Assembly: GCA_904063045.1 (NCBI GenBank)
Contig: CAJFCJ010000106.1
Span: 60,472-116,914 of the forward strand
Length of the DNA stretch: 56,443 nucleotides
Reading direction: 5' to 3'
Source of the DNA: Dimorphilus gyrociliatus
Taxonomy: Eukaryota; Animalia; Annelida
The notes beneath the pieces were generated by a model. It was not told where the DNA came from. It worked only from the letters and a program-made list of their open reading frames with translations, and did not search any database. The position numbers and the translations under genes were made by a program. Positions 12,461 to 23,639 of this stretch are shown one piece after another. Position 1 is the stretch's first letter; each line of letters begins with the position of its first letter.

Positions 12461-13359
12461 TTATGGTAAATTTTCTCCTGAAGTGGCATTGATCTTTGAT
12501 CCTGTAATATTCTTTCCAGTTTCATCATCAGCAAGAAAAAATGCTATTGCAGCAATTTCATCACTGTTGGGAAGCCTTCCCAATAGTAAATGACTTTCTT
12601 CGAATTGAAATAATTTATCACTTTCTTCCTTGTTTGCAGCATTACCAGAAGTAATGAAAATTTGAAGATTAAGGCAAAACCTTTTCCTTCACTAACCCTT
12701 GTTGCAAATGCTACTAACCTTTTGCAGCCAGTTCTGTTGCTATATTCAATCCTGCTTTAGCAACCGCATAAGGAGAGAGATCTGATCTCTAGATAAAAGA
12801 GGGAAAACAGTTATTGATGTAATATATTACAATATATTTGAAATATATACAGGAGTCAATTCAGATGCTCCGCTGGTGATATTAATAATGTTTCCTTGAG
12901 TCTTCTTTAGAAAAGGATAAGCTAATTGCATAAACTTGATTGGTGCTCTTGTATGTATTCTATACATAGCATCAAAATCCTCTATATCTGAATGGTTAAA
13001 ATGCTTTCCTATTGCATATCCAGCATTGTTAACCGAGATGTCTATTCTTTCAAATTTCTGCATAGTCTTATTGAAAACATCCTCAATTTGGCTATCAATT
13101 AATACATCACATGACTGGATAAGAATCTGTTGAAAAGAGAAAAGGCATTACATACTTAAATTCAAATTATATTTCTATCAACACTAACATCTTCCTTCTG
13201 TAAGCCTTCTTTGTAGCATAATTGTGCAGTTTCTTCTAATCTGTTCACTCTCCTCCCTAAGATTACTAATCTATAGCCGTGTTTGGCAAACTTTACAGCA
13301 ATAGAACATCCAATTCCACTACCAGCGCCTGTAATGATTGCTACCCTTGAAGGTTTCAT
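12461..13359 (-). CDS. Classical short-chain dehydrogenase/reductase (FabG-like), 3' part possibly disrupted
   Basis: TGAGSGIG nucleotide-binding motif (13162-13359), NNAG and NITS (12827-13130), catalytic YAVAK (~12750-12780), C-terminal GRLP..DEIA...FLA...NITG. The helix after YxxxK looks shortened and the RVNSV.PG segment was not found in frame. Confidence 0.8.
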
Positions 13360-14526
13360 GATAAATCTTTGAATTGAAGAGAATGGAATACCCTTGACTT
13401 TATATACATATGCTAATCAAAGATAAGCTTCAATAAATGATATATGTTCTCGTTAGAAAATTAATATTTCTTATCATGTAGAAAAAATTGATAAGCTTAC
13501 TTACTAATTTAGTTGCAAATTTGATATCTACTTTCATCAAGAAACACTTGTGTCTTTGTTTGATAAAAAAATGAGAGTGTAAGTTTTAGAAAGCTTCGCT
13601 TCCAACAAATTTGGTCCCAGTTTTTGAAATAATAAAAAAAAATTCAAGTTTTGTGTTTTGATTGAACAAACAAATGCTAATTATAGATTGTTTTCTACCA
13701 TTCTCCTAGATCTTCAATTTGGAGGAAAATATTGATTATTTGATTTACCCTGAACCTAACTTTGTGACATTGAACAGAGACAACACTTTGAAGGTTATAA
13801 ATCCTCTCTCTCATTGGGATATCTTGTTGGAGGATATAAACATTTTCCTTCAAATTCTTTTTTTTTGCAGGTAATTTGTATATTGAAAGAGTCTTTAATA
13901 TTCTTGTTTTGCTGATATGCAAATTTTAAAAGGAATTTTAAAATACGTACTTTAATTAGTATTTTATGACAATAATCTTCTAAAGTGTTTGATAACATTA
14001 TTGAGTAGAAAGGCCAAAAAAAAATTCAGAATCAGAAAGTGTGCTATTTAAATATTTCATATTATCAGTTTGTGATTAATTACTATCTCTTTGATTAACA
14101 ACTATTAATCTCATGGTACTGCTTTTGTTTGCACAATTATGTATTTGCAAGTAACAGCAGTACTGCTTCTACTCCAAACTTTAAACAACATATTTAATTT
14201 TAAATGATTTATTGAAAACAAAATACTTAAGCAGCCAATAGAGTAGATAGTTTAAAATTGCAAGTTGCCAAATTTCCAAACCAGCATCCAACAGTAGTGT
14301 GTAAAAGGCTTATTTCATCTGAGGCTGTTTCCAGATGACCTTCATCAATTATTAGATTCCTTAGAAGATCCATTGAGTTAAAGGTTGGCCACGTCTTTAG
14401 AGGGCTATTTGAGTTATAACTTGGCCACACTTTATCCATAATAAAAGTTGAGTATCTAGATTGACTAATTGAAATATAATAGACTAAATCTTATTGTGTT
14501 TTCCTCCCTAGGTTAGATAGTCAAAT

Positions 14527-15005
14527 TGTTATAAGTTATGTAGAGTAATATAGTTTGCATAGAACGTTGCATATTATGTGTCAGCACGAGTCATTGAATG
14601 TATGAAAGGTTGAATGTTTGTCAGAGAAAGTGTATTCATCATGTCACAGTGATGTGTGACTTAGCGTCACGTTCCCAGAGATCAGTTTGATCTGAGAACA
14701 AGTCAAACCACAGATATGGCACAATCAATGGGAAGAAGTAGAGGTAAGAAACCCCATAGAATGACACAATGAACACTCAAGCGATATATAAAAGAGAGTG
14801 AATGTAACAGAACGGTGTGAGAGAAAGAAAGGATTACAAAATAAAATTACAACTAAATTATCAAGTAATTTCGTCATACAAGTGACCTAGATCTTGTAAA
14901 TAGTTTAACCTTGTGAATTATCAAATGAATTACAATGAAGAAATAATAAATTAAAAATTTTATCAGTAAAACAGAATAGTGATATAAAAAAATACACTAC
15001 TCACA
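14527..15005 (+). mobile_element. Candidate solo LTR
   Basis: ~480 bp block less AT-rich than flanks, starts TGT, ends ACA, contains gatatataaaag (TATA-like) and AATAAA. No convincing TSD; right end uncertain. Confidence 0.3.
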
Positions 15006-15019
15006 TTGAAATTTAACAT

Positions 15020-16110
15020 CATACAGAATCTTATCACTCTCACCATTAACTTTCTTGTAGTGTTCCGACTTTTATCAATTGTATTGAAATTGAAGATTAG
15101 ACTATAATAGATAATTTGATAGCCAAGGATAATTACACAACAACTGCTTGAGCAAAAGTAGCACTAGCATAAAAGCAGTATGGCACCCAGCATTGTCTTG
15201 CTGGAAGATGTACTGCCTCCCCATTTTTGCTGATATATCTTCTATTACAGGCAGAACATCTTCCACAGTAAAACTGCTATAGTTGTCAGCATTCAGTTTC
15301 TTATTTATCCTCCATATCTCAAATATTCCATCCAATGTAATGAGTCCCCAAACCATTACTCCACCTCTATACATATTTTTCGTCACCCTGAATGCTTTTT
15401 CACCATGATTAGTCCATGTTCTGAAGTCATCAGGGTCACTCAGTGAGTATCTAGCCTAGTCAGTGAAAATTACTTTAGACCAGTCTAGATTATCACTCAT
15501 CATCTTAAGGCAATATGTTTTTCTTCTTTTGCAATTGTTGGATGTGAGGTCAGGTCTTTGTCTTACTCATTTATACTTGAAATTTTGTCTTTTCAGTTCT
15601 CTCTGTGCTTACATCTACTTTTAATTCCTGGAAATTTTTCCCACTATCACCCTTTCCTTATTTCTTTTCAATTTCTTTATTATTCTTTTCATCCTGCCTA
15701 TGTCTCTCTCTCTCTCTGTAAGTCTCTTTGGATGACCCCTATTCTCCTGTTCTGGTGGATTGTATTGTAGAATATTGCTAACTGATGTTGGTGCCATCCC
15801 CAAAACCCTTGCTGTTGCTCTTACTTTTCCTGTTTCCTTATATTTCCTTAATACAAGATCCCTAATGTCTTTACTCCACGTCATAGTTAAATAAATACAA
15901 GAAAAATTAACTAATATAATTAAAATTGATAATAATAGATAAACTTAACTTGGAGAATTGAATAAGTCAAAAAAATTTCAGTTTACAACATTTTTTTAAA
16001 TGACAAACCAGAAATCAAGTGTCTGTACCAATAATTATGAAGCGCAGCCAAATAAAGAAAAACTTCATGAAAATTTGGTAAAATATTTAGCTAATAATAT
16101 TCCCGAATAT
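15020..16110 (-). mobile_element. Degenerate Tc1-family element, older copy
   Basis: ORFs 15621-15884 (MTWSKDIRDLV...HTH) and 15102-15386 (GGVMVWG...YIFQQDNAGCH) parallel the 28743-30358 element. Subterminal cagccaaataaagaaaaa motif at ~16046. Confidence 0.88.
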
Positions 16111-16199
16111 CATCATTTTCTCAAATTTTTTTTCAAAATTACATAAATATTACTCTTTATCTATATAACTTTTGACAAAAAAAACTATTATCTCTCTCA

Positions 16200-19100
16200 G
16201 TCATACTTAAAGTTGTCGTTAGGGATATTTTGCTTATGTTAAACGGTCAGCTTTTTCATTTTCCTTTAATGAATTAGATAATTTACTAATTCTTTAACTG
16301 GGCTCCATTTTGCCATTTCTTTTCTTAACAAGTCCATTGATTACTATGCTTTTATTATGAAAGGTTACATGGTTATAAAATGGGTACAAATATATGTTTT
16401 ATGGTTATAATAGTAGTTTTAAAGATAGTTTTTGAGAGCTTTTTAGTTGGAAAATGTTGAAGTTCAATTGTTGAATAAAAACATGAGAATATTTTTGGTT
16501 TTCATTAGACTTAAAAAACCTTTTCCCATATTTAAATTTCCTTCAAAACCCAAAATATTGCCAAAGCCTTGAATTTGTAGGAAATCACTGATTGGGAGAA
16601 GGGATATGAAAAGATAATGATTGATTTTAAAACATCAGAAAGATATCTTCAACCTCTGTCAATAAATGAAGAGATAAAATGACAAATATAAATATGAATA
16701 TTTCGGTAATCATTTGTTTATCAAAATTGGGAAAAGAAAAGAAAAATCTCCTGAAAATCAAGTGTATTCCTATAAATATGTTATGAAATAGGTCGAAATG
16801 TATAATCTTATCAATTGAGTATATTACGTAAATCGAAACATTGTCTAAATGATACGAAAGACAACAGATAACACAAATAAATTGTTTTTCTTTACTTAAG
16901 AAAATTTTTGAAGGTAGAATAAGATATTTGTTTTTCTTTTGAAGAACACAATATCATTCGTTAGAATTCGAATATCAAAATCAAACCGATGAAGACATTC
17001 TAGCCTTTTTGTTAATTGCTTGAAAGATTTGAATAGACAAACTACATTGTTAATGCAAGATAAATATAATATAAAACTAAAATCTGAAAAGACTAATGAT
17101 AAGTCCAGCAATTGATGGGGTTTTGAAATGTTTTTTAATTTCAAAATGGCCGCCATAACATTACCAACTATTCCAAAAAATGATATGAAATATAGTGAAA
17201 CTAGATAAAAAAAAAGTTATTGATTTATTGATTTATTCATTTGAATTTGACAAAAAATGTTACTTTTTTGAATATTTGAACCCAAAAGATTTCTGCAAGA
17301 ATTTAAATCATTCTGCTTTGGTAAGCATTCAACCAATTTATTGATCCTTTTCGCAAAGCAACATAACGTAAAATATTCACTTTTTAAGATTTGTAAATTT
17401 TTTACTTTTTTAAATTGAAAATTTCTAATTTGCTTTCCATCATTAAGATAAGTTTTGAGTAGATTCAATTCAATCAATTTTTCAAGATTATCAAATATTC
17501 CTTTTGCTATTCTTTCAATTTTTGAATGTTTTATATGTAAAACTTGTAAATTGTTTGAGGAATGAAACCAGTCTTTTGATAAATTGACAAAATTTAGATA
17601 AGAAATCTCTAGATGGACTAAAAATTTTAAATGTTTGAATGTAGATGATTCAATGGTGTGAATATCATTTCTATTGAGTATTAGAATTTCAAGAAATTTA
17701 ATTGGGTCAAATGTGCTACTGTCTAACATTTTAATAGTATTTTGTGTTAAATTTAAATATTATAAATTTTCAAAAGGAGTAATTATCTTTTCATCAAAAC
17801 CGGCTCCATTTTGAATTACTAAGCTGGAAGTTTTCATAACATTTTGACTGCTTAGATAGCCAATAACTTTTGAAATATTGCTCACATCTTCTAGGTAGAT
17901 AGTTTTAAAGATATATTCAATTCCCATTTCAAATTTGACACTTCCTTTACAATATAATTGTATTGATGACAAACATTTACAACCAATAGAACATTTGAAA
18001 TTTCTGCATACTTCATTCATCTCATCATCGCCAATGGGGCATTGTATATAAGGACAAATGTTATAATTCGTACAAACTTCACTCTTATTGCAAACGTGTT
18101 CAAAATTTAGAAATTTCCTATAGAATCTACATTTGTTCATGTATGGTATTATGTGTTTGTCTATATATGAGTAAAAGAGGAAGTATTAATAAGAAAACAA
18201 CCAATAAATCATCCTAAATGGAACAGACTGCAATTCTCTTCATCATCTTTTAGATAGCAGTCGTATTCACCATCGCATACTTTTTCTGATGATATACAAT
18301 GTTGATATGTATTGCACTGATACATTCCAGTTGGACAAGGTTTTTTGCAGAATTGCAGATCGTTATACGGCGCATGGGACCATACACCATACGGAAAGAG
18401 TATATTTTCACTCATGATACAGTGGACTGTGTGTATTATTTTTAGTAGTAGAAACAGTTTTCTATAGATATCTTTTAATTTAAATATACTTAATTCTGTA
18501 TAGAAAAGTATGTTTTCCATTTCATCTAGAGAGAGAGAGAGAGCAAGTGGGAATAAAAAGAGAATATAACATAGTTTGTATTCATTTTATCTTTAAGAAA
18601 TTACTGTAAGATTTTGCTTGTGGAGTTGCAGATTGAGATGGCTTCCACTGCAAATTAAGATCCCCTTTCTGACATTTGTAGTTTAATGTAGTAAATTCAT
18701 TATCTGTAATTTGAATAGATGAATATATAGAGTTATAAATTACTATTTATATTCTTAGCTGATTGGACAGAAAACTTCCTAACAATAGGTTTCTAATACA
18801 CAAAATCAATCCCTTGTTGTTTTCTGTCAACTCAAAGTATTTAAACTTACTATCACAAGTTATTAAAGTTGGTCCATCAATTCCATCTGGACAATCTTTC
18901 CTCTTGTTACACAATTCATAGGAAAATAATAACTTATCAGTATCACAGTGAGATATTAGACTTCTATACCTCATTAGTTGCTCTGAAAATAAAAAATTTT
19001 CAAAAAGATATAGAAAGACACAAAAAAAATTTTTAGTAAGTAAATGTCTATGAGGAGATATGGAGTTAGTTAATTTATAAACTATTATTAAAGAAGAAGA

Positions 19101-20916
19101 TTTAATCAAAGAGTTATTATCACAATATCTATCTAAAATTTTTTCTCATAGTCATTTGCCTTACTTTTTCTATAGAAAAAACACTTTTTGAGCAATTCTC
19201 TTCGTCAGAATTATCTGCACAATTTTTGATAAGGTTGCACACATCCTTCTTCATGATACATTGTCCATCTTTGCATTGAAATCTTTTTGTTTTGTTTTAA
19301 AGATATATTGTATCTTGTATGGAAGGAAATTCTACTTACTGTTTTAATGACTTACCATCATCACCAGTATTGTTGCATGGTTTGGAAACTTTAAAAGAGC
19401 AAATGAAAGAAAAGGGAAGAAGAATCAAAGCAGATTTGAAAAATTAAGTTTATTTACAGCAATTTCTTTCGTCGGATTCGTCTTTGCAGTCATTAAATTT
19501 ATCACAAATTAGAACATAATTCAATGATTTTGTCGGTTCAAATCCATTGTACTCACAACTGTTTATTTTGTTTTTGAATAACAAACAATAGAATGCACAA
19601 AATAGAGAGAAAGAAACAAACTAAAGACTATCGTATTCCAATGCCCACATTCTAATTAAATTCAAAGAGATATTATCGCTATTGTATAAACTTTTCTTCT
19701 TCCAGTTATATTTTGCACCTATACCAGTTTTCATTTTGAAATTTTTTTTTAACTACATATTTATTACTCACCAAATGGAAATTTTGTTTTTGATGGTGAT
19801 GATTGTTTTGAAATGATAGAAAATGGGTTGTATTGTTGAGTTGTTTTTTTTAAAAGTTCATTTGTTAAATGCATAGACTTTAGAAATCTTGCTTCATCTC
19901 TTGTGCTTATTCCAACTAGTCTCAATCCGTGTTTCTTACAAACTTTTTCAGAATTTTCATAATTCAACATTTCGCCAAATGAAAAATAATAGTAGCAGCT
20001 CCTTTGAAAGGTAAACACGTGACCAATGCTACTTATACCAGTATTCTTACATGAAACATTCTGTTTGAAACATTTCAGTTGAACAGCTGAATTTTTTTCA
20101 ACATTTAATCAGTATTCTCCAAAATCAGTTACAATGCATTCTTCCAATATTTTGGAATGATTACAATTCAACATAAATTGACATTTATTGTCAATTTTTC
20201 GTTCAATAGTGCATTGATGAGTATAGTTTTTGTAATGGCAATAGGCCTTAGCTTCATTTGAAATTCTTTTATAGATTATTGTCAAATTATTTATTTGGGA
20301 TGAGTCAAGAGTAAAAAAGTCTAAAAAATATGGTAAAAGGAAATCAATTGGGGTGTTAGGCTTAGAAAAATTTCAAAAGTATTCTCTACATGAAACATTC
20401 ATTTTAAAACACTTTATACAAATGTTAGACGCAGTGCTGCAATGAATATCACATTCAGCTATCTTCATTGACTGACATCGAAACAATAATGCAGAGTCTG
20501 TTGCTGAAATGAATGAAAAAAGTTGATGATAAGCATTTCATTCCAAATTACAAAGATAAGATGATGATCTTTTGTTATTGTTTGTTAAATTTTGAATATC
20601 TCTACCTTTGCAAGTGTAAACATTAGCTCTTAAATTGTCATATCCCATAATTTGAGCATATTAGGCGAGCTGATAGGCTAGCCAAACGATTTCTACCTAA
20701 AACAATACTATAATTTTGTCCAATCTTCTCTATCATTCCCTTAACTATTCCTTGACAAAATACCTTTGTACAAGTTGAATGATCTTTGTTAAATTTAAAT
20801 TCAATATCCTGTATTTTCACCTTTCTTGCAATTGTCATTGTATCACATTTGGAAACTACTCTAAAAATTTGATGCAAAATTATTAGAGAGATGATGAAAT
20901 TGTTGATATTTTTCAT
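16200..20916 (-). pseudogene. GRL101/LGR-like paralogue 2 (SP, SRCR-like, CTL, LDLa, LRR, eroded TM region); pseudogene or assembly indels
   Basis: ATG 20916 with leader. CTL at 19764-20018 (SCYYY...SEKVCKKHGLRLVGIST..E..FL). LDLa exons 17760-19600. LRR 17217-17729 ending SEYFTLCC...C..LL. TM1-2 (GIVGNVM...LVFSDF). One-base frameshift near 20650 (ICSNYGI* versus MGYDNLRANVYTCK in the next frame). TM3-7 are not recoverable in one frame. Confidence 0.75.
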
Positions 20917-21111
20917 TAAGTGATTGAATGAGCGAATAGATGAAGAATGTTTTGTTAAATCAATTGCCCTGTCTGTATTTAAACAATTATTTTTGTCACA
21001 AATTAATTTTAAATTTAATTTTTTATTTTTTAAATTTTAAATAAATTGCTTTTTTTGTAGTTTTATTAATTTTTATTTTAAAACAAAAAACAATTTCATA
21101 ATTAAAATAAT

Positions 21112-21693
21112 TCAATCCTTTTTCATATTATATGTTTGAATATGATAGGATTGCAATTGTTTCTTTAGTAGGCAACCAAGATCTTTAACATTCCCTTTAG
21201 GCTCAAATTCATAGTTTATTATTGCTAAATGATCAACTATCATTTCTCTACTCTGAAAAGGTGGAAAATAATTATATCTTTTACATCTATATCAATGTCA
21301 ATCCTCACCATTTTCAATATGGAGGTTCTATCAAGATTTCCCTTATAAAAACAATTAAAATTGTGTAGAGAGTCAATGAAATTAACATAGTTTTGCATAT
21401 CATAAAATATTGAATAAAGATTTTTCTTATTGGTAGGGTGAAAAACATTAGATTGGAATTGTTGAAGAAAGAGTATAGCTGGAGATAGAAGTGTATTTGT
21501 TAAATATTTTAAGAGATAGAAGGAAGAGAGAGTGGAACACACAAAAAAAAATGGGTGTACTTATGAAATTATATCGATAATTAATTACCTGGATAGATAC
21601 TCTGCTCAAAAAATTCCCTTTTGAATATATTCCTATCAAAAGAATATAATACAATTTTTATTAATATTAAACTATTTGAGAGTGTGGGAGAGC

Positions 21694-21725
<32 letters not shown>

Positions 21726-23595
21726 AACAGACATATACATAAACAGACAGATGGGCAAGCACAAAATCAAATAAGACTCACATCATTTATATATAAAAAA
21801 AAGTTATCTACCTTTCATTATCTTCCTTCTGTTTCATTCTTTCAAGTACAGTTCGGAATGTAACATAAAATGGAAAAGAGTAGGAAACCAATGGTAATAA
21901 AAATAACGTCCACCATTCACTCAGTAGCCTGAAATTGTTGGATGAAGATTCTAGGCTTAACCCTAACAAATTTTCAAATTAAAAGAAAGGCAGTTTTTGA
22001 ATATTTATTTCATTTACACAAAAAAGAGATAAAGGTTAAAAATGTTCTAATATGAGTAGGGAGACAATACATCCAATGATGTGATCCTCTTTTAAGGAAA
22101 TTAATAATGCAAAGAATAATTGAAAAGATTGAAATAATTGGAACATAAACATAAAAAATAGCTTTTATTGAAGTATGTGTCACTTGATTCAACAACAGAA
22201 TTGAACAGGTATTGAATTTTTTCATTTTCTTTTAGTTTTGTGAAATTGAAGTTTTTTTTTACTTTTTCAAATTAAACATCACCTACCTGTGAAAAATTGA
22301 CTAGAAAACCAACTAGGCCCGATACAATGAATGATAAGGAATAGATAAATTCCCAAAATGAAGTTTTGTTACGAATTTTATTAAAGATTTTACAACTGAT
22401 TCTCAATTCAGTGACAAAAATATTCAAGATAGAATTTTGAATGAAAATAACAAAGAGAAGATTTGAAAGAGAACACAAGTTATCTTCATTGATATTTGTT
22501 AATTTTTCAGAAATGATAAAATTATAAAAGATATTTGAAATTAGAAATGTTAATATAAAATAATCATTGAGTTTTCTTGTAATAAACATAATTGATAATC
22601 CAAAAGTGAATTTAATCAAAAAAATCAATTCAAAAAAGAGATAAATGATTGATAAAATGATAAGTGAAATTATTGAAAAATAAAGTAAATTTGATGGAAA
22701 TATTTTTAAACAGTGAAATAATATTCTCATTTCAAAATTACAAGAAAAATTTGATGGTGAAAATTTCTTTAAATAGCAACAGAATTTAAAAAATGATAGA
22801 TTAGCTTTCTCAATTGAAATTAATGATTTAAAGTAAAAAGTTTTATGAGAGAAATGAAGATTTATTGATAGAATATTCAACTTTTTCAAAGGTTTCAATG
22901 TATTTGGTGATATTTTTATAAAACTGTTGGTCATCTTTATTATCAATTCTCTTAATTCAATCAGACCATCAAAAGCTTTGGAAGGAATTTTTTTAAATTT
23001 ATTAAATGATAGATTTAATATTAATAAATGTTGAAAATCTTTAAACATTGAATTTGAAAGTTTTTCTATTTCATTACTACTCAAATTTAATATTTGTAAA
23101 ATTTGTTTATTTTCAATTTTTAAACTAGAAAATTCAACAAGAAAATTACAACTTAAATCTAAAATTACTAGATTTTTAAAGTTTGAAAAGAAATTTTCAA
23201 CTGTTGAAAAATTTCTTGTATATTTTAAACTAAGATAAGAAGCATAATGATAGGATGACATTTCATGATCATCTTTTCTAGCATAAGATATATTATATAA
23301 TTCAATCATTTTGAAATATTTTAAAAGTTCTAAATTGCCATTAATCCATATTTTACATTCAATTTTATTTGAATATTCACACAAACATTCTTCTCTTTCT
23401 TTTACTTTTGGACAATTAAATATTTTACAATTTAATTCATCTCTGCCATCTTCGCAATTGTAAATTCCATCACAAACTTGAGATATTTTTATAAAATGTT
23501 TTCCTTTATTTTTACATTTGAAAAATCCTCTAGGTAGGAAATTGTCTAATAAAAGCAAATATGTAGATTATAGTATGGGAAAAGAAGGTGTGAGT

Positions 23596-23639
<44 letters not shown>

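Noticed and set aside
14227-14439. ORF with a short WP(S/T)(Y/F)NS duplication
   Set aside because: 70 aa, no recognisable domain, no splice or homology support.
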